This document shows, one piece after another, positions 10,887-19,830 of a stretch of 64,000 bases of DNA (its first letter is position 1; each line of letters starts with the position of its first letter). This stretch comes from Thermoanaerobaculia bacterium (GTDB taxonomy: Bacteria > Acidobacteriota > Thermoanaerobaculia > Multivoradales > UBA5704). The stretch is from contig JBGAGQ010000019.1 of NCBI GenBank assembly GCA_044226625.1, positions 31,678 through 95,677 of the forward strand. Reading direction: 5' to 3'. A program made the translations under genes and the position numbers. The notes beneath the pieces were generated by a model that ran no database searches, had not been told where the DNA came from, and was given only the letters and a program-made list of their open reading frames with translations.

Positions 10887-10933
10887 GGAGATCTTTGGAC
10901 ATTTCCGGGAGGCTGCTCCTCAGCAACTCGCCC

Positions 10934-11314
10934 TTACGACGGAACCGCCTCGTCTTCAAAAGGAAGGTCGGCCAGAGCGGCGAGGATCTCGACTTCGAGC
11001 GCTGCCGTGATCTCCGTAGCAAGCTCTTCGCGTGCCGATGTCGGCGCGGTGGCGGCCGGCCTCGCGGCATCGGTGCAGATCCGGCCTAAGAGAGCGAGCA
11101 GCTGATCGACTCGCGCAGCGCCGACACCCACGCTCGCCGCCATTCGGTCCAGCGTAGGGCGGGATGGGGTGGAATCTCCCGTCTCGTACCGACCGATCGT
11201 CCGCCGATCGAGGCCGGTTAGTTTTCCGAACTGGTCGCGAGATCGGCGGGATTTAGCCCGCAGAACGACTGCCACGAGGCGTACCGCTTCCCGTTCGGTT
11301 GAATTTCCTCTCAT
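10934..11314 (-). CDS. XRE-family helix-turn-helix protein (126 aa)
   Basis: LRAKSRRSRDQFGKLTGLDRRTIGRYETGDSTPSRPTLDRMAASVGV is a typical XRE HTH; GGGGAG RBS before ATG 11314. Confidence 0.8.
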   Translation of the reverse strand: MRGNSTEREAVRLVAVVLRAKSRRSRDQFGKLTGLDRRTIGRYETGDSTPSRPTLDRMAASVGVGAARVDQLLALLGRICTDAARPAATAPTSAREELATEITAALEVEILAALADLPFEDEAVPS

Positions 11315-11356
11315 CAAAACGCTCCCCGACGCGCGTAGCATCCTGCGCCATGCCGC

Positions 11357-11370
11357 GTCGAAAATTCGAC
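11357..11370. promoter_or_regulatory. Candidate operator GTCGAAAATTCGAC (copy 1)
   Basis: Near-perfect 14-bp palindrome in the divergent gap between the small HTH gene and the peptide gene; related copies at 13320 and 13374. Confidence 0.5.
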
Positions 11371-11464
11371 ACCCTTGAAGCCTTCGGGCTCACAGTCAAT
11401 TTCGGAGGGGCACACACGGCCCTAACGGCCGTGTCGGCTGGCGCCCTCCTTAGAGGATCCTCAA

Positions 11465-11740
11465 ATGGCCACTCGACGTCGCGTTCTTCAGGTTCAGGTG
11501 TTGTGCACTTGTCTTCTCGCTATCGTCCTCGTTTTTCCCTCGCCCGCTGGAGCGCTTTCGTTGGGAACCGGAGGGGTACTCCATCGCCTGGCCATCTATT
11601 TGTCGTCTGCTTGGGGCACCAGCTTTCTCTCCGAACGGGATGTTCGGAGCGATGGACCTGCTCGTCCCGGAGCGTCCGCGCCGTTGATCTCCCGCGAGAA
11701 TGGCTGCATGGTCGATCCAATGGGTCTCTGTAGCAACTGA
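11465..11740 (+). CDS. Small secreted peptide precursor (91 aa) ending ENGCMVDPMGLCSN
   Basis: RBS AGAGGA; basic N-region (MATRRR), hydrophobic core and PAGA cleavage site; convergent with the HTH-TPR gene (13-nt gap). Confidence 0.6.
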   Translation: MATRRRVLQVQVLCTCLLAIVLVFPSPAGALSLGTGGVLHRLAIYLSSAWGTSFLSERDVRSDGPARPGASAPLISRENGCMVDPMGLCSN

Positions 11741-11753
11741 GCTCGCGGAGCGC

Positions 11754-13229
11754 TCATCGCGTCCCGACCGAGCGCTCCCCGCGTTGACCCGACCAGCGGT
11801 CCAGCTCTCGCAGGAGGCGGTGAGCTCCGTCTGCTGTCGCCTCCTCCTGCAAAACGGCTTGCCAGAAGAGACGGAGGCTGGCCAGGAGCTGGTTTGGGAT
11901 CTCCTGCGAGGCGAAAATGAAAGCCGTCGTCGACGCGAGGGCTTTGACCTCCTGAACCCGCCCTCGCTCCAGCTCGAGGGCAGCGAGCTCAAGCGCAGCG
12001 AGCGCCGCATCGAAGGGAATTCTCTCTCGAGCGAATGAATTTAAGACAGTGCTGATTCCCTCGGCTGCCCGGTCCCGATCACCCAAGCCGGCGGCCACTC
12101 GCGCTTCGAGCCACTGACAACGCAATTCGTCGAGAGCGTATCCCTGGTCGAAGGCGATCTCCCGCAGCTTTTCGAGGTGCTCCGCAGCTTCACCAAAACG
12201 GCCGGCGCGACAACAGTGATCGATTCTCTGAAACCAAAGACTACATCGCCAGCGAGGTTCAGCATTCGACTCAATCCACGGGGCCGCCAGTGACAGTGAG
12301 GCGAGCGCGTCTTCGTAACGATCGAGGCTTGCAAGCGTAATCGAGCGACTCAGCAATACTCGAGCTCGCCCCGCCTCCGTTGCCGAAGCGGCAAGCGCGC
12401 GATCTTGAAGCAGCAACGCTTCTTGAGGTTGGCCCTGATTGAATCGGAGAGTTGCTTTGCAAAGAAGGAAGAATCCCTCATCGAGAGGGAACGCCGGTAC
12501 AGCTGCTCCGGCGGACCAGAGTTCATCCGACTTTCGGATTGCGTCTTCAGCTCTTGGCAGGTCCCCACCCACGCGCAACGCATTGCCGACAAAGGCCCAC
12601 GCAAAGCCTTGAAGCCTAAACTTCCAGCATTGACTGCCCGACGTTTTCTCGGCGATCAACAGCGCCAACCGAGCCGTTTGAAGAGCTTTGCCGACACTGT
12701 GCCCTGAGAGGTTGACACTTGCTTCGCAGATCCGTTCGCAGAGCGCCCAGTTGTGAAATCTCGCGTCATCGACAGCCCGCCTGCGCCTAGCCACCTCTGG
12801 GAGGCCTCGAAGTTGAAGCCAAAGCTCATCCGCCAGGTTCCTCTCCCTTCGGAGGCGCTCGGTAACCAGTTTTGAACCTGCTTTGGCCCGAACTACAGCG
12901 GCCGAGTATTGGGCTGCTCGACCAGCGGCAGCTTCGACCGCCCGGCGCTCAGCGGGCAAAAGGCTCGCTGGAGAGACGACTTCGATCGCCTCACTCGCCG
13001 GTAGCTGCGCCTCAGCCACGAGGGCCCGATCCACTGCGCCGGAGTCGTGCCCCAAGAGACGCGCAAACCGATCAAGTTGCCTCCTGTCGAACGTTCGCTT
13101 TCCCTTCTCGTACAGCGAAACCGTTCCCCGACCGATGTGAGCCGCGGCTTCCAGCTTCCCCTGGGTCCAGCCCGCGGCCTGGCGTAAACGGCGCAGGCCG
13201 ATGGCGAAGATCGGTATCGGTTCTCGCAC
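11754..13229 (-). CDS. XRE-HTH + TPR-repeat transcriptional regulator (491 aa)
   Basis: N-terminal LRRLRQAAGWTQGKLEAAAHIGRGTVSLYEKGKR; C-terminal TPR-like helices (AWAFVGNALRVGGDLPRAEDA; LASLDRYEDALASL; RAGRFGEAAEHL); GTG start with GAGGAGAG RBS. Confidence 0.85.
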   Translation of the reverse strand: MREPIPIFAIGLRRLRQAAGWTQGKLEAAAHIGRGTVSLYEKGKRTFDRRQLDRFARLLGHDSGAVDRALVAEAQLPASEAIEVVSPASLLPAERRAVEAAAGRAAQYSAAVVRAKAGSKLVTERLRRERNLADELWLQLRGLPEVARRRRAVDDARFHNWALCERICEASVNLSGHSVGKALQTARLALLIAEKTSGSQCWKFRLQGFAWAFVGNALRVGGDLPRAEDAIRKSDELWSAGAAVPAFPLDEGFFLLCKATLRFNQGQPQEALLLQDRALAASATEAGRARVLLSRSITLASLDRYEDALASLSLAAPWIESNAEPRWRCSLWFQRIDHCCRAGRFGEAAEHLEKLREIAFDQGYALDELRCQWLEARVAAGLGDRDRAAEGISTVLNSFARERIPFDAALAALELAALELERGRVQEVKALASTTAFIFASQEIPNQLLASLRLFWQAVLQEEATADGAHRLLRELDRWSGQRGERSVGTR

Positions 13230-13319
13230 CCAGTGCTCTCCTCTGTTTGGGCGGTCTCTGGAATGTTACGTGTTTGAGCGTCAGTTGGTGTGACAGCCCG
13301 ACCCATAAGAGGTCCGATT

Positions 13320-13387
13320 GTCGAAATTTCGACGGTCGATCTGCCTACAAGGCATGTTCATACGAAGGTGACCGTCGAAAAAACGAC
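13320..13387. promoter_or_regulatory. Two candidate operators (GTCGAAATTTCGAC at 13320-13333; GTCGAAAAAACGAC at 13374-13387)
   Basis: A perfect palindrome plus an imperfect copy 54 bp apart, between the divergent HTH-TPR gene and the Rhs operon. TTTCGACGGTC (13327-13337) and GACCGTCGAAA (13370-13380) also form an 11-bp inverted repeat. Confidence 0.5.
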
Positions 13388-13634
13388 GCCGCGTCGAGCG
13401 TGACGTGATCTTTCAAGGATCTTGCGTTCGACCCGCTTACGTTGATTCTAAGGTTCTCGCATGGATTTTCGGCGCTCCCGCAGTACGGTTTCGCGATCCG
13501 AAGGTGTTGGCCGACCCGCCCGATCGCATTCCAGCCCGAAACGCCAGAGCCGCAAACAGGTGTTGGCCACTCCGCGATTCAAAGGAACCCAGCGGCTTGT
13601 GACGGTGTTATACGAAAGCAACCTGGAGAATCCG

Positions 13635-14354
13635 ATGCCCGAGAACCACCCAACCAAGGCCTCTCCGCTCACCCCCTGGGCGCTTGTTTCCCTCTCGATC
13701 CTCATCGCCTGCCCGGTTTTGGCGGCGCCGTCGATCACCCAGGTCCCGAAAGGCCTTTCCGCACAAGGGATCACCCCGGGAGGGAGAGCGATCTGGTGGA
13801 GCGTCGCCTACGAGCATCCGGATTCGTTCGTGACGGTCGTACAACGCCTCGAAGAGAAGGTGGACGACGACCTCGACGGCACCGTGGCTTTCGGCTACGA
13901 CGGAGAATTGCCGGACACGTCGCTCTGGCTCGTGGTCGACGTCGCGACGGGGACGTACGGCACGTTCGCTCCGGTCGATTTCGGCGTGACAGAAACGGCC
14001 CTCCCTCCCGAGGCGGCGCAGTCCACCGCGGGGCGCGGTCCAGTAGACGAGTTCCTCGAGGCGGCGCACCCGCTGATCGACGTGCTTCTGGTTCGCCCCG
14101 GCCAAGGCGCTTGGGAGTTACGGGCGGGCGATGGCGCAGATGCCGATCAGGACGGCGGCATCGAAGGGGAGATCCGGTTCGCGATCGACGGAATGTCCCC
14201 CGTCGGGGCGACGGCGGCGCCACCGGCTCGCTACGCCGACGGCGACCGGCTGCTGTCGATCGACCTCGAGCATCTGGAGCTGTCGAGCCTGTTGGTTTCC
14301 CTCGCCCCGCCCCCTCCGGGTGCGGCCGCGGCCCAGGCGGGGGTGCGGCGATGA
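13635..14354 (+). CDS. Secreted hypothetical protein translationally coupled to rhs
   Basis: RBS GGAGA, signal peptide MPENHPTKASPLTPWALVSLSILIACPVLAA; acidic DxDxDG-like motifs; ATGA overlap with the rhs start. Confidence 0.75.
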   Translation: MPENHPTKASPLTPWALVSLSILIACPVLAAPSITQVPKGLSAQGITPGGRAIWWSVAYEHPDSFVTVVQRLEEKVDDDLDGTVAFGYDGELPDTSLWLVVDVATGTYGTFAPVDFGVTETALPPEAAQSTAGRGPVDEFLEAAHPLIDVLLVRPGQGAWELRAGDGADADQDGGIEGEIRFAIDGMSPVGATAAPPARYADGDRLLSIDLEHLELSSLLVSLAPPPPGAAAAQAGVRR

Positions 14355-17300
14355 GAGCTCGCGCGATCCTCCTCGGTTCCCTGATCGCCGCTTCGGCCGC
14401 GAACGCCCAGCAGCACCCGAACGTCGCCAAGGGCTTCGCGCCGGACAAGATCTTCGCGGTGGGCGACGTCGACTCGGTAAACGCCTTCAACGGCAACCTT
14501 TTGCTGACCCTGGGAATCGGCGCCCGGTACCCCCTGCGGGAGGGTTTCTCCTACGGCCTCTCGGCGGTCTACAACTCGACCGTCTGGGATTTCCGCGATT
14601 TCAGCGCCGGCTCGACCTCGACCACTCAGGCGCGGATCAGCCGGCGGTCGAACGTTGGCGCCGGCTGGCGCCTGTCGCTCGGGCAGTTGTATTCGCCCTC
14701 TCGGGAGGATCTGCCGTTCAACGACACCCAAGCCTGGATCTACGTCGGCCCCGATGCGGCGGAGCACCGGTTCTTTCCCCGGCTGCACGACGAGGATCCG
14801 GAGGATCCGGGTGACGTCGGCGTCAAGGACACCCTGCAGAAGGTCCAGTACACCCGGGACGGCTCGTACCTGCGCCTTCGGCTGGACGGCCCGGGCGGCA
14901 CGAAGACGATCGAGTTCCCGGACGGCCAGATCCACACGTTCGATTCCAACCGTCGACTGATCGAGATCCGGGATCGCTTCGCGCCGGGGGGCGTCCCGGC
15001 GAATTTCCTCCATGTCGACTACACGGACACCACCTGGACCCTCACGGATCATCCTCAAGGCCGCGTGCAGGTGCTCACGTTCTCGAACCTGATGCAGGAC
15101 ATGCAGCCGATCCAACGGCTCGACAAGGTGGAAATGACCGCCTTTGCTCTCCCCGGTCAACAGCCGCCGCCGACGGCGACCTGGACGTTCGGCTATACCT
15201 CCGCGGTGATCCCGCGCGCCTGCCCGGACTGCAACAATCTGCAAACCGACGACCCGTTGACGCCGCCGACGCTCGCCGTTCAATTCCTCACCTCCATCAC
15301 CCAGCCGGACGGCTCGGTCTGGTCGATGCCGCTCTCGGATTACGTCCTCGCCAATCCGCCCGGCTTCAACGACCTCGTCGGGCGGATCAAGGGACTGACC
15401 CTGCCGACGCTCGGCCGGTTGGAGTGGGATTACGGCTTCTATATCTTCCCGAGCTCCGCGACCGAACGCCGCCCGTGGGCGCAATCGTCGCGCGGCGTCG
15501 TGGTGCGCCGAAAGAAGACCGCGTCGGGAGCGGTCGAAGGGACCTGGACCTACTCGCCTCACCTTCAATTCGAAGGGACTTCGACCGAGTCGCAATCGCA
15601 GGAGCTGACCGTCACGGTGACGACGCCGCTCGGCGACAAGACGGAGAACTTCTTCTCGGTCTACGCCTTCGGCAACAACCCGCCCGGCGTCTATCCGAAC
15701 ATCCTCGATTACGGCCGGCCCTTCACGCCGAAGGTCTCGGACGGCCAGGGGCGGTTTCTCTCGACGCGGGTCTACGACTGCCAGCCGAACGGCACGGGGT
15801 GCGTGCCCGTCCGTTCGACCTGGGTGCGCTACGAGCAGGACTATTCTCCTGGGGTCGGCAACGACGGCAGCGGCGAAGGGCAGCTGCTCGATCCTCGCGT
15901 AGCGCAAATGCGCACGGCGTTCGAGGACGACTGTCCGCCGGGCTCGACCACCTGCGGGATCACGACGCCGGTTCCGCCGCCGACCGGGAGCTACTACTCC
16001 GACGAGGATTTTTCGAGCTTCGACGGGCTCGGCCACTACCGGACGCGCCGTCTGGGCGGCAACTTCCCCGACGTGACGTCGATCACCGAAACGACGAGCT
16101 ACAACCCTTTGCGGGGGAATTACGGCTCGCCCGGCTATTCGATGCTCCCTTCGAGCTCGCCCTGGCTCCTCGGGCTATATCAGGACATGACGCGTTCGAA
16201 CAACTCCGGGGAAAACTCCACGGTCGAGAGCTGCTTCGACGGGACGACCGGCTTCCTCCAGAGGAAGAGGGTACGGAAGTTCGGTCGCACGGCGGACGAC
16301 GTGCTGGTCGTCTATTCGCCGAACGGCGACGGCACGGTGGCTCGGGAAGATTGGTCCGGGGGCGACGGCGGCAACGTGCCGCTTGCGGAGCTCTGCGGCC
16401 TGACGCCGCCGGGCGCCGGCTACTCGCTCAAGCATTCCTACCAGCTGGGCATCCTGTCCAAGTCCGAATACCTGAAGGCGAGTGGCGGCGTGTTCGAATT
16501 TGCGGCGGTCGATCGAACGGTCGATCCGCGAACGGGTTTGATCTCGGCGGAAAACGACGTCTCGAAGCTGCAGACGACCTACGAATACGACACGCTCGGC
16601 CGTCTCACCTGGGTGCAGCCGGCGACGGGGCATGGGGCCTGGACGGAATACGTCTACAACCGGGCACTCAACTCGGGCTCGCTCGCGAAGGTCACGATCA
16701 ACCAGCATGGGAACGGTGCCAAAGGCAACGCGATCCTGACGACGAGCAGCCTGTTCTTCGACTCCTTCGGGCGCCTGATCAAAGAGCAACGGAAGATGCC
16801 CGGAGGCACGTTCTCGAACCGGGAAACGACCTACGACGCGATCGGCAACCGGGCGACACTCTCGGAGTGGGAGGCGGGCGTTCCTTCGCACCGGACTCAG
16901 TACCAGGACTACGATCCGTTCGGCCGTCCGCGGACGATCCAGCCGTCCGACGGCTCGGCGCACCAGGTGACGATCACCCGCTCGGGCGTGCGGAAGGTGA
17001 CCACGGGGACGAAGATCTGGGGGCCGTGCGGTTCGGGCGGCGCGCTCCAGGAGTGCACGAGCGAGACGATCCAGCTCTTCGACCAAATCGGCCGCTTGTT
17101 CCGGATCGACCAGCCGGTCGTCTGGCCGACGACCGCGAACCCAAACCCGGCGCCGCTTCGGACCAGCTACGCCTACGACGTCGGCGACCGGTTGAAGACG
17201 GTCAAGCAGTTCGATGCGGTGACCCAGGCGATCGTCCAGCAGAGAGATTTCACATACGACAACCGAGGCTTCCTCACTTCGGAGACGCATCCGGAGCTGG

Positions 17301-19444
17301 GAGGTGTCACCGGCAACGGCTCCGTGACCTATTCGAACTACGACGCCAAGGGGCACGCGCGCCAGAAGTTCGACGGGGTGTCGACTCTCACGTTCGAATA
17401 CGACAAAGCCGAGCGCCTGACCCGAGTGCGGGAACCTGGGACCTTCATCGGCTGCGGCACCAACGCCCATCCCCGTTGTTTGAAGGAGTACACTTTCGGC
17501 ACGGTCAATTCCGGCAACGACCTAAAACTCGGAAAAGTCCAGGTGGCGACGCGTTACAACTACCCCGTCCTCGGCACGACCGCCCACACGGTGGCGGTGG
17601 CGGAAACCTACGCCTATGCCGGTAAAGAAGGCCGCGCGTCGAAGCGGGACACCCAGGTCTATTTCAACGGCGCCGCCACGGAATCGTTCACCCAAGGATT
17701 CGTCTATGACGACCTGGGCAATCCATCCAGTTTGAGCTATCCCCTCTGCACCCACATGGGGTGCGCGCCGCCCCCGCCGCAAGTTCCGACACCGAAGATC
17801 GTGAGCTTTTCGTACTCCGAGGGCTTGCTGACCGGCGTGCCGGGCTACGCGAGCTCGATCACCTACAACTCGAACCAGACCATCGCCCAGGTGATCCACG
17901 TCAACAACGTGACCGACGTGATCGGTCTCGATCCGAACGCCCAGCAGCGTCCAGGCTCGATCCTGTCGAAGGTGACGACGACCTCGGCGAACCTGTGGAA
18001 CGCCGGGAACTATCTTTACGACGGAGCGGGCAACGTGAAGTCGATCGGCGGCTCGGGCTTCGCCTACGATCCGGCGAGCCGGCTGGTGACCGCGAACCTC
18101 TGGGACGGCACGGGCGCGACGGGCACGCCGCTCAAGACGCAGACCTACGGCTACGACCTGTTCGGAAACCTATTGGCGATCGGCGGCCAGGGCGGGCGGA
18201 ACACCCCGACGAACTCGACGACCAACCGGCTGAACGGCGCCGGGATGGCCTACGACGCGGCGGGGAACCTGACCGCCAACAACGGCGCCGTGCACGAATA
18301 CGACCCGTTCCACTTGATGTGGCACTTCCAGTCAGGGGCCGAAGACTGGCGTTACGTCTACACGGCGGACGACGAGCGGATCTGGTCGTTCAAGACGGGC
18401 GGTGTCTCCCGCTGGACGCTACGCGACCTGGGGAACCAGGTGCTGCGGGAGTACAAGAACGACGGCGGCACCTGGAGCGTGACGGAAGATTTCATCCATC
18501 GGGGCACGCAGCTCCTCGCGGCCGACACGACGACCGGGGTGAGCCACTTCCACCTGGATCATCTGGGAACGCCCCGGCTGATCACGGATCAGACGGGGAA
18601 GAAGATCGCGTACCACGTGTACTGGCCGTACGGGGAGGAGCTGACTTCCACGAGCCAGGATGTGGAGCGGATGAAGTTTACCGGCCACGAGCGGGATTTG
18701 AACGGGGCGGGCGGGGCGGGGGATGATTTGGACTACATGCATGCTCGGTTTTGCTCGCCCGTGGTGGGGCGGTTTTTGGGGGTGGATCCTCTTGGAGCAA
18801 ATCTAAGCAACGCCCAAAGCTGGAATCGCTTCGCCTATGTTAGGGGAAACCCACTACGGTTCATCGATCCTACTGGCGAGGTCCTGGCAATTGCCGGTAC
18901 GGACTCCGATAAACGGAAGGCCGAAAGCATTGCGAATAGCGGATTGTATGGGCAGGAGCTGAAGATTTCCTCCTCAGGTAAGTCCTCTCTCTCGAGCTCG
19001 GGTGAAGTGGGCCCACCAACCAAGGAGCAAGCGGCCCTCTCCGGATTACTCTCAAAGGTCATCGATGACAAAAAATCGACGAGCATCAGCGCAACTTCCA
19101 ATGATCCACAGGTGGTAGTGGGCAGTTTCAAGGCGAGCAGGATTGACGTATCCGACATGGCCGCTTTTGGCAATGGTCCTGGTGCATCGCAGGCCGGAGC
19201 GTTCGCCCATGAAGTTGCTGAACAATATGAGAAGCAAGTTCATGGCTCCGACTTCCCTGCTGGACATATGAGCGCGATGAAAACTGAATCAGACGTCACG
19301 GGCTTCACGCGAGGCCAGGAAAGACCGAGCAGGACACCTCAAGGGGATGTTAAGGTCTCGGTGCAGTATTCGAACGCATCAACTCAGGTAACCGTCGACG
19401 TGGTTCTAGACCAAAATGGAAGACTCAGTGTCTCGAGGCATTGA
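14351..19444 (+). CDS. Rhs/YD-repeat polymorphic toxin (~1697 aa) with Sec signal peptide and a zincin-like C-terminal domain
   Basis: Start MRARAILLGSLIAASAANAQQ; YD repeats (YEYDTLGRLT, YAYDVGDRLK, FEYDKAERLT, YGYDLFGNL); RHS core (HLDHLGTPRLITD, YWPYGE, KFTGHERD, DYMHARF, WNRFAYVRGNPLRFIDPTG); lower-GC C-terminal tip with AFAHEVAE. Confidence 0.93.
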   Translation: MRARAILLGSLIAASAANAQQHPNVAKGFAPDKIFAVGDVDSVNAFNGNLLLTLGIGARYPLREGFSYGLSAVYNSTVWDFRDFSAGSTSTTQARISRRSNVGAGWRLSLGQLYSPSREDLPFNDTQAWIYVGPDAAEHRFFPRLHDEDPEDPGDVGVKDTLQKVQYTRDGSYLRLRLDGPGGTKTIEFPDGQIHTFDSNRRLIEIRDRFAPGGVPANFLHVDYTDTTWTLTDHPQGRVQVLTFSNLMQDMQPIQRLDKVEMTAFALPGQQPPPTATWTFGYTSAVIPRACPDCNNLQTDDPLTPPTLAVQFLTSITQPDGSVWSMPLSDYVLANPPGFNDLVGRIKGLTLPTLGRLEWDYGFYIFPSSATERRPWAQSSRGVVVRRKKTASGAVEGTWTYSPHLQFEGTSTESQSQELTVTVTTPLGDKTENFFSVYAFGNNPPGVYPNILDYGRPFTPKVSDGQGRFLSTRVYDCQPNGTGCVPVRSTWVRYEQDYSPGVGNDGSGEGQLLDPRVAQMRTAFEDDCPPGSTTCGITTPVPPPTGSYYSDEDFSSFDGLGHYRTRRLGGNFPDVTSITETTSYNPLRGNYGSPGYSMLPSSSPWLLGLYQDMTRSNNSGENSTVESCFDGTTGFLQRKRVRKFGRTADDVLVVYSPNGDGTVAREDWSGGDGGNVPLAELCGLTPPGAGYSLKHSYQLGILSKSEYLKASGGVFEFAAVDRTVDPRTGLISAENDVSKLQTTYEYDTLGRLTWVQPATGHGAWTEYVYNRALNSGSLAKVTINQHGNGAKGNAILTTSSLFFDSFGRLIKEQRKMPGGTFSNRETTYDAIGNRATLSEWEAGVPSHRTQYQDYDPFGRPRTIQPSDGSAHQVTITRSGVRKVTTGTKIWGPCGSGGALQECTSETIQLFDQIGRLFRIDQPVVWPTTANPNPAPLRTSYAYDVGDRLKTVKQFDAVTQAIVQQRDFTYDNRGFLTSETHPELGGVTGNGSVTYSNYDAKGHARQKFDGVSTLTFEYDKAERLTRVREPGTFIGCGTNAHPRCLKEYTFGTVNSGNDLKLGKVQVATRYNYPVLGTTAHTVAVAETYAYAGKEGRASKRDTQVYFNGAATESFTQGFVYDDLGNPSSLSYPLCTHMGCAPPPPQVPTPKIVSFSYSEGLLTGVPGYASSITYNSNQTIAQVIHVNNVTDVIGLDPNAQQRPGSILSKVTTTSANLWNAGNYLYDGAGNVKSIGGSGFAYDPASRLVTANLWDGTGATGTPLKTQTYGYDLFGNLLAIGGQGGRNTPTNSTTNRLNGAGMAYDAAGNLTANNGAVHEYDPFHLMWHFQSGAEDWRYVYTADDERIWSFKTGGVSRWTLRDLGNQVLREYKNDGGTWSVTEDFIHRGTQLLAADTTTGVSHFHLDHLGTPRLITDQTGKKIAYHVYWPYGEELTSTSQDVERMKFTGHERDLNGAGGAGDDLDYMHARFCSPVVGRFLGVDPLGANLSNAQSWNRFAYVRGNPLRFIDPTGEVLAIAGTDSDKRKAESIANSGLYGQELKISSSGKSSLSSSGEVGPPTKEQAALSGLLSKVIDDKKSTSISATSNDPQVVVGSFKASRIDVSDMAAFGNGPGASQAGAFAHEVAEQYEKQVHGSDFPAGHMSAMKTESDVTGFTRGQERPSRTPQGDVKVSVQYSNASTQVTVDVVLDQNGRLSVSRH
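18539..18788 (+). repeat. Rhs-core direct repeat; copy A of a 250-bp segment nearly identical to 20055-20304 (diverged copies near 21411-21660 and 23217-23445)
   Basis: By-eye alignment shows only one mismatch (CTGGGAACG vs CTGGGGACG) between 18539-18788 and 20055-20304. Confidence 0.9.
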
Positions 19445-19830
19445 TGAGAACTTACGGATTGCTGTTCCTTCTGCTCACGACAGGGTGTGCCCGTTCCATC
19501 AGATGCAATCAGTGTCAGCCAGCCTTGGCGGATATCGTCTGGGGGTTCCATGAAGCGAGGATGGAGGCATCGCTTCGTTCTTGGGAACGGGGCGAGGAAA
19601 TTGATGGACCGATGTTCATGGAAGACGTGGAGTTTTTCGAAGGCGTGACAGGCCTCGAGCTGACAAATAAGAACTATTTTGGTGTATTGCCTTCGAGCGA
19701 CGATAAGAAGTTCTTCGCCAAATGGAGGTCTTGGTACAAGTCACACAAAGCGAGTCTCGAAATAGCATGCACTGCAGGGGGCAAGGTTTCCTTAAAAATT
19801 ATCCAAAGCCGAGCGCCCGGCACGCCTTGA
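19444..19830 (+). CDS. Putative cognate immunity lipoprotein
   Basis: TGATG overlap with the rhs stop; lipobox LLTTGC; lower GC; position typical of Rhs immunity genes. Confidence 0.7.
   Translation: MRTYGLLFLLLTTGCARSIRCNQCQPALADIVWGFHEARMEASLRSWERGEEIDGPMFMEDVEFFEGVTGLELTNKNYFGVLPSSDDKKFFAKWRSWYKSHKASLEIACTAGGKVSLKIIQSRAPGTP

Noticed and set aside
10604-10900. Tn7 end at attTn7 (repeats as TnsB sites)
   Set aside because: No terminal TGT...ACA end, no matching second end and no tnsABCD genes; repeat number and period do not fit Tn7 ends.
13442-14350. N-terminal 303 aa of the 2000-aa ORF-track Rhs call
   Set aside because: Arg/Gly-rich shadow translation overlapping the real 13635-14354 gene; the signal peptide and ATGA coupling place the start at 14351.
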